Part shown: positions 36,747-46,567 of the stretch, piece after piece
Layout of the letters: each line of letters opens with the position of its first letter
Position numbering within the stretch: position 1 is the stretch's first letter
DNA from: a virus
Lineage: Duplodnaviria > Caudoviricetes
Virus record (IMG/VR): IMGVR_UViG_2933953506_000001
Span: 2,540-66,539 of that record
Strand: one strand, 5' to 3'
DNA length: 64,000 bases
The notes under the pieces: generated by a model
What the model was told of the DNA's origin: nothing
Databases searched by the model: none
What the model saw: the letters and a program-made list of their open reading frames with translations, nothing else
Translations under genes and position numbers: made by a program

Positions 36747-38165
36747 ATGACCACCGAGGACCGGGCCCACATCGCGCAACGCGCCGCCGCCCTCCTCGCT
36801 GCCCAGATGAAACCCCGCTGGCAGCCACAACCCCACCAGATCCCCCCCGACGGGAACTGGACAGGCTGGCTCCTCATGGCCGGCCGTGGTGCGGGCAAGT
36901 CGAAAGCCTGCGCCGAGTACGTTCGCCAGCACGTCAACGGGCCGCCATGCCTTCCCGGGCCCGTCCCGCACTGGATTGCGATCATCGCCCCGACCCTCGG
37001 GGACGGCGTCACCTCCATGTACGAAGGCCCCGGCGGCATCCGCAACGCCGACCCCGGAGCCCGGCTCGTGCAGGCCCCGGGCGGCACCGTCATCCGCTGG
37101 CCCAACGGATCGCAGGCCAAGCTGTACGGCTCGCACACCCCAGAAGACGTCGAGCGGCTTCGAGCCGGTGGCAACTCGTGCCTCGCCGTGTTGGAGGAGT
37201 TCGCGACGTGGCGGTACATGGAGCAGACCTACGACCAGCTCCGCTTCGGCCTGCGCTCCGGGCCGCGCCCGCACTGGATCGCAGCCACCACGCCGAAGCC
37301 GCGCCCGCTGCTGAAACGCATGCTGTCCGGGGACATCGCGGGCATCGTGCACACGCACGCCACGATGTACGACAACCCGCACCTCGAACAGACCGTCAAG
37401 GACGCCCTGGAGGACACCTACGCGGGAACCGACATCGGCGCGCAGGAACTCCACGGCCGCCTCATCGACGAGGTAGCCGAAGCGCTGTGGACGCGCGCCA
37501 CGCTGGAAGAGACCCGGGTGCGGGCCGACGCGGTGCCGGAACTGGCGCGGATTTCGGTCGGCGTCGACCCATCGGGGGGCGCTGGGGAACAGGGCATCAT
37601 CGTGGTCGGGAAGTCCGGGCTTCTGCTGCCGAACGCATTGCCGGGGCGGTCGACGGATCCCGAAGACGCACTCCTTGTGCGCGCTCATGCGCAAGAACGG
37701 CCACAGCACCACGGCTTCGTCCTGGACGACCGGTCGTGCCGTCTGTCGCCGGATCAGTGGGGGCGGCGGGCGGTGCAGGCTGCGATCGACTGGGAGGCTG
37801 ATGAGATCGTGGCTGAGACGAACTACGGCGGGGCCATGTGTGTGGCCACCCTGCGCACGGCGGCCGAGGCGCTCGGCGTGGACATTCCCATCCGCACGGT
37901 GACCGCGACGCGCGGCAAGGTCGTTCGCGCGCAGCCGGTCGCCGCGCTCGGCGCGCAAGGTCGCTGGCATATGGCCGGGGTGTTCTCCGAGCTGGAGGAC
38001 CAGTTGGCCACTTGGTATCCGGAGTTGGGTTGGTCGCCGGACCGGTTGGACGCGATGGTGTGGCCGGCCTGGCAGATGAAGCTGGTCGGTACGGCGGCGC
38101 GCGGTCAGGGGTCGTTGGGTGGTGATCTGGCCAGAAAGCAGATCGTTGGCGGGCGGCTACGGTGA
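36747..38165 (+). CDS. terL: terminase large subunit
   Basis: Walker A GRGAGKS, Walker B AVLEE, ATT coupling motif, nuclease VGVDP...ETN...DRLDA. Confidence 0.95.
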   Translation: MTTEDRAHIAQRAAALLAAQMKPRWQPQPHQIPPDGNWTGWLLMAGRGAGKSKACAEYVRQHVNGPPCLPGPVPHWIAIIAPTLGDGVTSMYEGPGGIRNADPGARLVQAPGGTVIRWPNGSQAKLYGSHTPEDVERLRAGGNSCLAVLEEFATWRYMEQTYDQLRFGLRSGPRPHWIAATTPKPRPLLKRMLSGDIAGIVHTHATMYDNPHLEQTVKDALEDTYAGTDIGAQELHGRLIDEVAEALWTRATLEETRVRADAVPELARISVGVDPSGGAGEQGIIVVGKSGLLLPNALPGRSTDPEDALLVRAHAQERPQHHGFVLDDRSCRLSPDQWGRRAVQAAIDWEADEIVAETNYGGAMCVATLRTAAEALGVDIPIRTVTATRGKVVRAQPVAALGAQGRWHMAGVFSELEDQLATWYPELGWSPDRLDAMVWPAWQMKLVGTAARGQGSLGGDLARKQIVGGRLR

Positions 38166-38599
38166 TCGGCATGGAGACATGGCTGCTGCTGCTCGTGATG
38201 TCACTGGCGACGTACCGCCTGACGCGGCTCGTCGTCGAGGACGTGTTCCCGCCGGTGCTGTGGCTGCGGGACCGGCTCGTGGGCGGCTGGCGGCCGCTCA
38301 CGCGGAAGGAGTCGGAGACGAACCGGCTCCCGGTCTTGGAGGAGGGCCAGTCGGCCACGGTGGCGGGTCTCGGTGGTGTGACGGTGATCGACGGTGTGAC
38401 GAATCGGTACGTGGAGCGGACGCGCTGGGTGCCGTACTGGTTGGGGGATCTGCTGTCGTGCCCGTGGTGTGCGTCGGGCTGGGTGGCGCTCGTGGTGACG
38501 GCCGGGACGTGGGCCACCGTCGGTGTGCCGGTGCCGCTGTTGGTGTGGCCTGCGGTGTGGGCGGTGGGTGCGCTGCTGGCGGCGCAGGAGTGGGCGTGA
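38162..38599 (+). CDS. DUF1360-like membrane protein
   Basis: LATYRLTRLVVED...LRDR...LLSCPWC. Confidence 0.8.
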   Translation: MIGMETWLLLLVMSLATYRLTRLVVEDVFPPVLWLRDRLVGGWRPLTRKESETNRLPVLEEGQSATVAGLGGVTVIDGVTNRYVERTRWVPYWLGDLLSCPWCASGWVALVVTAGTWATVGVPVPLLVWPAVWAVGALLAAQEWA

Positions 38600-38728
38600 C
38601 GCCGGAACACGGTCCGGCTGCGGGCTCGTAGCATCGGTGGTGCAGGCCGGGCCCTTCCGGGGTTCGGGGTGATGGGTGGTCGCAGAGGGCTGTTCGCAGT
38701 GGGCATTGCGGGCGGCCCTCACCCACGC

Positions 38729-38761
38729 CCGGAATGATCTTCCCCGGGCTGCTCCTACCCT
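38729..38761 (+). promoter_or_regulatory. phage late-promoter motif before portal
   Basis: CCGGAATGATCTT-N14-TACCCT. Confidence 0.7.
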
Positions 38762-38790
38762 CCCTCGCAGACCGCGAGCAGGGAGAACCG

Positions 38791-40569
38791 ATGGCCTGGT
38801 ACCACGCCTTCACCCGGCGCACCCCCCTGCCCACATCCACCACACCCACCGCCCCGGAACCTGCCGCGCTCACCGCCGCAGCCGCGCCCGTCACCAGCCC
38901 CCGCACCGAACTCATCCGCAACACCGACGCCTGGCAAGAAGAAGTCTGGGGCTACCACGACACCCTCGGCGAGTTCCGGTACGCCGTCGACTGGGAAGCC
39001 AAAATGCTGTCCCGCGTCCGCCTCTACGCCGCGAAGCTGGAGCCCGGCCAAGACGAACCCGCCCGCGCCGACGCCGGAACCGCCGTCGACCTCATGACCG
39101 CCATGGCCGGAGGCGTCGCCGGGCAGGCCGTCATCATGGACGGCCTCGGCACACAGCTTTCGGTACCGGGCGAGGGCTACGTCATCGTCGAGAACATCAA
39201 CGGCGTCGAGCAGTGGTCGGTGCGCTCCACGGATGAAGTGCGGGTCGCCCGGGGCCGGTACGAGGTCATCGACGAGAACGCCGTCAACGGCGGCAACGCG
39301 TGGCGTCCGCTTGCACCCGACTCCCTACGCCCCCTCAGGGTGTGGCGGCCGAACAAGCGCTACCACCACATCGCCGACAGCCCCGCCCGCGCCGCACGCT
39401 CCACCATGCGCGAACTGGAACTCGTCAACCGGCACATCGTCGCCCAGTACCTGTCCCGCCTCGCGTCCGCCGGTGTGGCGATCTTCCCCGACGAGGTCAC
39501 CTTCCCCACCAGGGAAGAGTTCGCCGACGCCCCGGATCCGTTCATGGCCGAGTGGATCGAGAACGCCAAGACCGCCATCAGCGAGCCAGGCACTGCTTCT
39601 GGTGTGGTGCCGATGCCGATCCGGGTTCCGGGCGAGTACGTCGACAAGATCAGGCATCTCGACTTCACCCTGAAAATCGACGAGAAGATCATCGAAAAGC
39701 GCGAGTCCGCGATCAAACGCCTCGCGACCCAGCTGAACATACCGCCCGAAGTCCTCCTCGGCATGGGCGACCTCAACCACTGGAACGCGTGGGCCGTCGA
39801 CGAGACCAGCCTCAAAGTCAACATTGCCCCCGACGCCGAACTCATCGCCCAAGCCCTCACCGCCGGCTATCTCCAGCCACGGTTGCGGGCCTCCGGTGTG
39901 GAGGACTGGGCGAACTGGGTCGTCTGGTACGACATGTCGGAGCTCACCCTGCGCCCCGACCGCTCCGACGACGCCGTCCTGCTCTACGACCGGCTGGAAA
40001 TCAACGGCGCGGCACTGCGTCGCGAGACCGGGTTCAGCGAAGCGGACAAGCCGAGCGACGAGGAGCTGAAGGAGCAGGGCCTGAAGGTCATCATCAAGAC
40101 CTTCCCCACCGCCGCCCCCGGGGCACTCTCCAAACTCACCGGCGACCAGATCACCATCGACAGCCCCGCACAGGGTGGCGAACCAGCCGCTCCCCAGTTG
40201 CAGCCGCAGCCTCGGCCCGAGGACCGCAGCCCACCCAACCCGGACATCGCACGCCAAGCCGCAGCAGACGCCCGCGCCGAGCGCTTGGTGAGGCAGTCGC
40301 AGACCCTGCATGCCGTCCGCTTCGCGACCGGCCGGCCGCCGGAGTTGCTGCACCCGGGGCTGTGCTCGCAGCACGCGTACTCCTGTCCGTTCACGCATGC
40401 CGCGCTGAAGCTCCACAGCCTGCCCCGGCCGGGAACGTCCGGAGTGTATGAGGCCCGGTTGGATGCGTTCGGCCGGTTCACGATCGGCCAGCATTCCCCG
40501 CTGCTGGACGTCAGCGGCTTCTTCTCGACGACTCGGAGCACCAATGGGTTCGCTCACAGCAGCCGCTGA
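38791..40569 (+). CDS. portal protein
   Basis: Position after terL; WQEEVW, VPGEGY, VWRP, PPEVLLG...NHW motifs. Confidence 0.88.
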   Translation: MAWYHAFTRRTPLPTSTTPTAPEPAALTAAAAPVTSPRTELIRNTDAWQEEVWGYHDTLGEFRYAVDWEAKMLSRVRLYAAKLEPGQDEPARADAGTAVDLMTAMAGGVAGQAVIMDGLGTQLSVPGEGYVIVENINGVEQWSVRSTDEVRVARGRYEVIDENAVNGGNAWRPLAPDSLRPLRVWRPNKRYHHIADSPARAARSTMRELELVNRHIVAQYLSRLASAGVAIFPDEVTFPTREEFADAPDPFMAEWIENAKTAISEPGTASGVVPMPIRVPGEYVDKIRHLDFTLKIDEKIIEKRESAIKRLATQLNIPPEVLLGMGDLNHWNAWAVDETSLKVNIAPDAELIAQALTAGYLQPRLRASGVEDWANWVVWYDMSELTLRPDRSDDAVLLYDRLEINGAALRRETGFSEADKPSDEELKEQGLKVIIKTFPTAAPGALSKLTGDQITIDSPAQGGEPAAPQLQPQPRPEDRSPPNPDIARQAAADARAERLVRQSQTLHAVRFATGRPPELLHPGLCSQHAYSCPFTHAALKLHSLPRPGTSGVYEARLDAFGRFTIGQHSPLLDVSGFFSTTRSTNGFAHSSR

Positions 40570-43500
40570 CGGCTCGCACCTGTCGGGCGCGATGATCGCC
40601 CTGATGCCGACGCCGGAGGATGCGGAGCGGCTGGCGATCGAGGGCGGCGAGGCAGCAGATCAGCTGCATCTGACGCTGTACTTCCTCGGCGACGACGGCA
40701 CGGCCTTCAGCGAGGAAGCCCAGCGCAGCATCGTCCAAGCGGTCACCGACGTACTGCCCCACTACGTCAGCGGACCCGTGACGGCCAAGGTCTTCGGCGC
40801 TGCGCACTGGAACGGCAACAGCGACAGCCCGAGTTGGGTGTGGTCGGTCGGAGACGACCCGGCCACCCCGCGCACCCTGGGCATGCTGCACGGGGCGATC
40901 GGCATGGCGCTGGAGGAGGGGCTCGCCGAGGGCGTCGACCATCCCGAACTGCCGGAGCAGCACACGCCCTGGGTGCCGCATATCTGTGCCGCGTACTCCG
41001 ACGAGCTGGACCTCATCATCCCCATGGAGGAGCGGCTCGGCCCGGTCGTCTTCGACCGCATCCGGGTGGCGTTCGCCGGGGACCACACCGACATCCCCCT
41101 TGGCCAGCCCGTCACGGCGGGAGCCGGGGAAGCGCCGCCGCTGCGGATCGAGGTGGAGACGAACCGGGGCGGGAAGCTCGCGCTTGACGCCATCCGTTCC
41201 GTGCTCGGCCGCCACCTTCGCATCCCGCACCAAGTGACGGAACGGCTCCGTACCGAGCCAGTGACCGCGGCGGCCGACGGCCCTCGGCTGGCCGAAGCCC
41301 GGCTGCAGTACGGCGAGTACGTCATGTCCAGCGAAGCCGTCCGGGCCGCAGCAGGCAGCATCCTCCGCCGTCAGCCCACCGAGCTGGAGCTCGCCTCCCG
41401 CGTCGACTTCGCAGAGATGGACAAGGCGTGGCACAAGGCCGTCGACGCCACCGTCGAAGCCTGGGCCGACATCCAGGACGCGCAGCGCAAGCAGATCACC
41501 GCCGCCGTACAAGCCGCGGCTGAAGCCGACGACCTCGACCGGCTCGACTCCTTCACCGTGGACACGGGGGACGCCGAACGCCTGCTGATCGCCCGGATGA
41601 TCGCCTACGCGCGGCAGGCAGGCGAGCAGCAGCAGGCCGAAGCCGAAGCGCAGGGCGTCACCGTGCCCGACTGGTCACTGGACGACGAGGCGATCACCGC
41701 CGCCGCGATCCGGGACCGGCTACGCCAGTTCGGCCGGTCCGCCGCCCGGATGCTCGGCGCAGGCCTGGTGCAGTCCGCGGTCCGGCAGGCGATGCGCGTG
41801 TGGGGCTCCGGTACGGCCGGCCAGGTGGCCGCGCAGGTCGACGAGCACCTCACCGGGCTGTCTGGTGCGCAGGTTGAGGAGCAGGTGGGTGCGGCGATGA
41901 CGGCCGCGCAGAACGAGGGCCGTATGGCCGTCCTCGCGGTCGCGCCCCCGGCCACGTACACGGCGAGTGAGGCGCTAGATCGCAACAGCTGTAAACCCTG
42001 TCGCGACATCGACGGCACCCAGTACACCGACTTGGCCGTGGCCCGTACCGCGTACCCGACGGGCGGCTACACCGGCTGCCTCGGCGGCTCCCGCTGCCGG
42101 GGGACGCTCGTCACCGTGTGGCCGCAGGAGCAGCGGCAGAGCGCAGCCGGAATGATCTTGGCTGCGAGCGCGGCCACAATGCCGCCGAACAACCACGAAG
42201 GAGGCGGCACCGTGCCGTACAGCATCGTGCAAGACCACCCGGACTGCGGTGCCGATACGCCGTGGGCCGTCGTCCAAACCGACACCAGCGAACTCATGGG
42301 CTGCCACCCCACCGAAGCCTCGGCCGGCGAGCAGCTCGCCGCCCTCAACGCTGAGGAGACCGAGGAGCAGCCCGCGGACGACGGCGACGAGAGCATGGAC
42401 TACGGCGGCCAGACCGCCCCATGGGAAGGGCCCCTCGCCGTCGAGGGCATCGTCACCGGCGACGGCCGCGAGTTCGCCCCCGGATCCCTCACCTGGGCCG
42501 AACTCCCCGTCCCTCTGCGCTGGAACATCGAGGACTCCCACGGCGGCGAGGCCCGCACCAAGGCCGTCAACGTCGGCCGCATCGACAAGGTGTGGCGCGA
42601 CGGCGACAAGATCATGGGGTCGGGTGTCCTCGATCTCTCCGACGACAACGGGCGCCGCGCCCACGCCAAGATCGAAGGCAAGTTCCTGCGCGGCGTCAGC
42701 ATCGACGCCGACAGCATCGGTGAAGCCGACGTCGAATTCGTGTGGCCCGAAGACGTCAACGCGGGCACCGGCGAAGGCGAAGGCGAAGACCTATTCGAGA
42801 TGCTCTTCGCCCAGCCCGAAAAGGTCATCTACCACGGCGGCCGCATCCGTGCCGCAACCCTCGTCGACATCCCCGCCTTCGCCGAGGCCTACATCGCCCT
42901 CCTCGACGAAGCCGGCGCCATCGTGGCCGGCGGCCAGCCGGTCACCGAGGCCGAACTGGGCACCCTTCAGGAAGCCGAGCGCGCGGCCCAGCGGCTCGCT
43001 CCGGTTACCGCCGCGGGCGTTGAGGTGTTCCGGCCGCCCGTCGACTGGTTCTCCGACCCCAAGCTGTCGCTGCCGACGCCGATCACGGTGACCGACGACG
43101 GCCGGATCTACGGGCACGCCGCGCAGTGGGGCTCCTGCCACATCGGCCAGGACGACGTGTGCGTGCAGCCGCCGCACGAGGACGCGCACCCGTACTACCG
43201 CACCGGCGAGGTGGCGTGCGCGGACGGGTCGCGGGTCGCGGTCGGGCAGATCACCGTCGGTACTGGGCATGCGCCGCTGCACTACGGGGCGACACCGGCG
43301 GCCGAGCACTACGACAACACGGGCGCGGCTGTCGCGGATGTGGCGGTCGGCAACGATGCGCACGGCATCTGGGTCGCCGGGTGCGTGCGCCCGGGCGCGG
43401 ACCCGCTGAAGGTGTACGAACTCCAGGCCGCCGGGCAGGTGTCCGGGGACTGGCGGCGGATCGGCGGCCAACTCCGGCTGGTGGGGCTGCTGGCCGTCAA

Positions 43501-43678
43501 CGTGCCTGGCTTCCCCGTTCCGAAGATGCGGGCCCGGGTCGCGAGCGGGGAGCCGCAGGCGCTGGTTGCGGCGGGCCGGCCGACGGTTGCGTGGGGCCGT
43601 TCACAGTCCGAGTTGGAGCAGGATGCGGTGCGGATCGTGATGCGGATGCTGTCTCGTCGAGTCCACCCGGGGAGGTGA
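40544..43678 (+). CDS. fusion: 2H phosphoesterase + MuF-like minor head + capsid maturation protease
   Basis: HLTL and PHIC 2H motifs; DRNSCKPC...C.GG.RCRG MuF-type Cys cluster; EGIVTGDGR/VGRI/GVSID/PAF protease; GRIYGH.A.W...SGDWR domain. Confidence 0.8.
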   Translation: MGSLTAAADGSHLSGAMIALMPTPEDAERLAIEGGEAADQLHLTLYFLGDDGTAFSEEAQRSIVQAVTDVLPHYVSGPVTAKVFGAAHWNGNSDSPSWVWSVGDDPATPRTLGMLHGAIGMALEEGLAEGVDHPELPEQHTPWVPHICAAYSDELDLIIPMEERLGPVVFDRIRVAFAGDHTDIPLGQPVTAGAGEAPPLRIEVETNRGGKLALDAIRSVLGRHLRIPHQVTERLRTEPVTAAADGPRLAEARLQYGEYVMSSEAVRAAAGSILRRQPTELELASRVDFAEMDKAWHKAVDATVEAWADIQDAQRKQITAAVQAAAEADDLDRLDSFTVDTGDAERLLIARMIAYARQAGEQQQAEAEAQGVTVPDWSLDDEAITAAAIRDRLRQFGRSAARMLGAGLVQSAVRQAMRVWGSGTAGQVAAQVDEHLTGLSGAQVEEQVGAAMTAAQNEGRMAVLAVAPPATYTASEALDRNSCKPCRDIDGTQYTDLAVARTAYPTGGYTGCLGGSRCRGTLVTVWPQEQRQSAAGMILAASAATMPPNNHEGGGTVPYSIVQDHPDCGADTPWAVVQTDTSELMGCHPTEASAGEQLAALNAEETEEQPADDGDESMDYGGQTAPWEGPLAVEGIVTGDGREFAPGSLTWAELPVPLRWNIEDSHGGEARTKAVNVGRIDKVWRDGDKIMGSGVLDLSDDNGRRAHAKIEGKFLRGVSIDADSIGEADVEFVWPEDVNAGTGEGEGEDLFEMLFAQPEKVIYHGGRIRAATLVDIPAFAEAYIALLDEAGAIVAGGQPVTEAELGTLQEAERAAQRLAPVTAAGVEVFRPPVDWFSDPKLSLPTPITVTDDGRIYGHAAQWGSCHIGQDDVCVQPPHEDAHPYYRTGEVACADGSRVAVGQITVGTGHAPLHYGATPAAEHYDNTGAAVADVAVGNDAHGIWVAGCVRPGADPLKVYELQAAGQVSGDWRRIGGQLRLVGLLAVNVPGFPVPKMRARVASGEPQALVAAGRPTVAWGRSQSELEQDAVRIVMRMLSRRVHPGR
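42147..42214 (+). promoter_or_regulatory. internal late promoter, RBS and in-frame GTG (42212) for protease part
   Basis: CCGGAATGATCTT-N15-CACAAT; AAGGAGG upstream of in-frame GTG. Confidence 0.65.
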
Positions 43679-43684
43679 AAGGGA

Positions 43685-43747
43685 ATGTGCAGCTGCAATA
43701 AGAGGCGTCGTCCGGCACCCCCGCCGCCGCCCCCTCCGAGCATCTGA
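43685..43747 (+). CDS. 20-aa micropeptide MCSCNKRRRPAPPPPPPPSI
   Basis: Read manually; GGAGGTGAAAGGGA upstream; sits between protease and capsid. Confidence 0.5.
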   Translation: MCSCNKRRRPAPPPPPPPSI

Positions 43748-43871
43748 CCTTTAGGTTTAGCGGTCCGGTGAAGGTATTTGACCTTTGCCGGACCGTGTGC
43801 TATGCGCTAACCTCCGGCAAAGAGGCGCCAACTCATCGGGCGCATAACACCCTTCCGCAACGGAGGAAGCA

Positions 43872-45629
43872 GTGGCCGACGAACTGTTCAGCGCCCCATC
43901 CGATCTCACCCTCTCCAGCGACACCGACCTCGCCGAACTCGAAACGCGAGCCGTCGCCGAGTTCAACCGCGTCAACGAACTCGACAGCGTCGAACCCGAC
44001 ACCCTCGCCTACGCGATGCGCCTCACCGACGACCTCGACCGCATCCGCGGCGAACTCCGCGTCCGCGAGGTCCGCGCCGAGCAGCAGGCCGCACTCCAGC
44101 AGTCCCGCGTCGCCGAGCAGCTCTCCCAGCTCCAGGCCCGCGTCAACGGCACCCCCGCCGCACAGGCCGCCGCCGAACCGGCCCCCGCCGTCGACGTCGA
44201 GGCCATCGCCGCCGCCGCCGCCCGAGGCGTCACCGCCGGCATGGTCGCCCTCATGGGCGAGCGCCGCAACGGCCTCGACCCGCAGGCCCTCGCCCGCCGC
44301 GCCACCGCCTCGCTGTCCGAGACCGCGCAGCACGCGCCCGCGCCGCAGGTCCCGACCCAGCGGCTCGCCGTCACCGCCTCGGTGGACATCCCCGGCGTCG
44401 CCCGCGGTGAAGGCCTCACCAGCCTGGCCGCGCTCGCCGACGTGACCGCCCGCAAGGCCAAGTCCATGCCGGTCACGCAGGGCCAGCCCAGCGAGCAGCT
44501 CGTCGCCTCGGTTCGCAACGAGTTCTCCCACAGCGTCGACAACCGCACCACCCGCGGCGAGATGCGCGAACTCATCTCCTACCTCACCGGCCCCGACAAG
44601 CAGGCGGCCCTCGTCGCCGGTGGTGGCTGGTGCGCACCGTCGGAGCCCCGCTACGACTTCTTCAACATCGCCTGCGAGTCCGGCCTGATCGACCTGCCGA
44701 CCTTCGGCGTCACCCGCGGCGGCATCCAGTTCCCCGTGAGCCCGTCCCTCGCCGACGCTCTCGGCGGGGGCACCGCCTTCGCCGGATTCGCACAGGGCAC
44801 CTTCTCCAACACCTCCCAGCCGTGGCTGTGGACCGAGGCCGACGACATCGCCGCCGCCACCGGCTCCCCGACCAAGCCCTGCATGCGCGTTCCCTGCTCG
44901 GACATGGACGAGGAGCGCCTGGAGCTCTACGGCTACTGCCTCACCGCAGGCAACCTCACCGACGACGCGTGGCCGGAGGCGACGCAGAACACGCTGCGGC
45001 TGCTGATGTCCGCGCACGCACACATCATCAACGCCCGCCTCATCGCCCTCATGCTCGCCCGCTCCACCGCGGCGACCAGCATCACCGGCGGTGCCGCGAC
45101 CGACGCCGCAGCCCCTCGCATCTACAACGCGGTCGGCCTCGCCGCGACCGACTACCGGGCCCGCTACGGCATGTGCATCGACGACGTCCTCGAAGTCGTC
45201 CTCCCGTACTGGGCCCGAGACGTCATCCAGGCCGACCTCGCCTGGAAGGCCGGCGTCGAACTCGGCGACATCCCCCTCTCCGAGGTCAACCGGTACTTCA
45301 CCGCCCGCAACATCGCCGTCCAGTGGGTCAACGACTGGCAGGTCCGCGGCGCATCACAGTTCGGCAACGCCACGAAGATGCAGGCGTGGCCGACCACGGT
45401 GGACTTCCTCATCTACGCGGCCGGCACGTTCATCCACGGCAACGGCATGACGCTCGACCTGGGCGTCATCCGCGACAGCGTGCTGAACGAGACCAACGAC
45501 CACACGGCCGCCTGGTCGGAGGAGGCGCACCTCATCGCCAAGGTGGGCCACGAGTCCCGCCGGTACACGGTCGGCTTCAACGTCAACGGCAGCACCAGCG
45601 CGCTGCTGACCGGCACCGTCCGCGTCTGA
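43872..45629 (+). CDS. major capsid protein with N-terminal scaffold-like domain
   Basis: GGAGG RBS; coiled-coil N-terminus; LVAGGGWCAPS motif. Confidence 0.88.
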   Translation: MADELFSAPSDLTLSSDTDLAELETRAVAEFNRVNELDSVEPDTLAYAMRLTDDLDRIRGELRVREVRAEQQAALQQSRVAEQLSQLQARVNGTPAAQAAAEPAPAVDVEAIAAAAARGVTAGMVALMGERRNGLDPQALARRATASLSETAQHAPAPQVPTQRLAVTASVDIPGVARGEGLTSLAALADVTARKAKSMPVTQGQPSEQLVASVRNEFSHSVDNRTTRGEMRELISYLTGPDKQAALVAGGGWCAPSEPRYDFFNIACESGLIDLPTFGVTRGGIQFPVSPSLADALGGGTAFAGFAQGTFSNTSQPWLWTEADDIAAATGSPTKPCMRVPCSDMDEERLELYGYCLTAGNLTDDAWPEATQNTLRLLMSAHAHIINARLIALMLARSTAATSITGGAATDAAAPRIYNAVGLAATDYRARYGMCIDDVLEVVLPYWARDVIQADLAWKAGVELGDIPLSEVNRYFTARNIAVQWVNDWQVRGASQFGNATKMQAWPTTVDFLIYAAGTFIHGNGMTLDLGVIRDSVLNETNDHTAAWSEEAHLIAKVGHESRRYTVGFNVNGSTSALLTGTVRV

Positions 45630-45670
45630 CCCTGACCGTGACACGAACTGAGGGAGAGGGGTGAGCGCCG

Positions 45671-46552
45671 ATGGCCGCACGCCAACTCGTCGACCTACCG
45701 ACGGTGTTCACCCCCCTGCCCTACGGGCTGTGGGACACCGTCCAGCACCCGCCCACCGACGGCCCGCACTGGCAGAACGGGGTCACCTGGCCCGAGCGCT
45801 GCCCGACCGGCGACACCACGTATGACGAGTGCCTCGCCGTCACCGGGACCGGGGGCCCTGTGCCGGAGCCGCCAGCGAAGACCGCGAACGTCGAGCAGGG
45901 CTTTCGTGGCGCGCTCCCGTTCACAATCTTCGCGGAGTTCGAGTGCTCGCCTGTCGGGATCGCTGAGGCCGAGTCGGTCGCGTCGGATGCGCTGGCCCGG
46001 GTCGAACAGGCGCAGGTCGAGGCCGCGTTCTGGACCGGCGTAGCGGGCGGGCAGAACGTCGTGTTCCCGCACCTGGCAGCGGACACGGAAGTCCTGGACG
46101 GGGACGTGGTCCTGCAGACGGTCGCCTCCCCCCTCGTCACCGGCGGGCAGGATGTCGCGCAGGCCCTCGGCGCGCTGGAGCAGGCGCTCGCCGACTGCTA
46201 CTCCGGGCAGGGCCTCATCCACGTGCCCAGGTCAGCACTGCCGACGCTCGCCGCCTGGAACCTGGCCTCCGTCGTCGACGGACGCCTCGTCACCCCGGCC
46301 GGGAACCTCATCGTCGCCGGGACCGGCTACACCGGGAGCGCACCCGACGGCACCCCGGCGGCCGACGGCACGGCGTGGATCTACGCCACCGGCGCGGCGT
46401 GGGGATACCGGTCAGATCCGTACGTGTCCCGGCTGCGGGACTCCCTGGACCGGACCTCCAACACGATCCGAATGCTCGCCGAGCGCACCTACCTGATCGG
46501 CTTCGAGTGCTGCCATCTGGCCGCGCACATCACTCTGGGCGTGCCCACCTGA
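45671..46552 (+). CDS. second capsid-like protein (candidate pentamer/minor capsid)
   Basis: Directly follows MCP; size and synteny as in cluster-B-like actinophages. Confidence 0.55.
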   Translation: MAARQLVDLPTVFTPLPYGLWDTVQHPPTDGPHWQNGVTWPERCPTGDTTYDECLAVTGTGGPVPEPPAKTANVEQGFRGALPFTIFAEFECSPVGIAEAESVASDALARVEQAQVEAAFWTGVAGGQNVVFPHLAADTEVLDGDVVLQTVASPLVTGGQDVAQALGALEQALADCYSGQGLIHVPRSALPTLAAWNLASVVDGRLVTPAGNLIVAGTGYTGSAPDGTPAADGTAWIYATGAAWGYRSDPYVSRLRDSLDRTSNTIRMLAERTYLIGFECCHLAAHITLGVPT

Positions 46553-46567
46553 TAGGGAGACAGAACC

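Noticed and set aside
38734-38790. Upstream ATG extension of portal
   Set aside because: This ATG lies within the promoter motif; RBS GGGAG supports start at 38791
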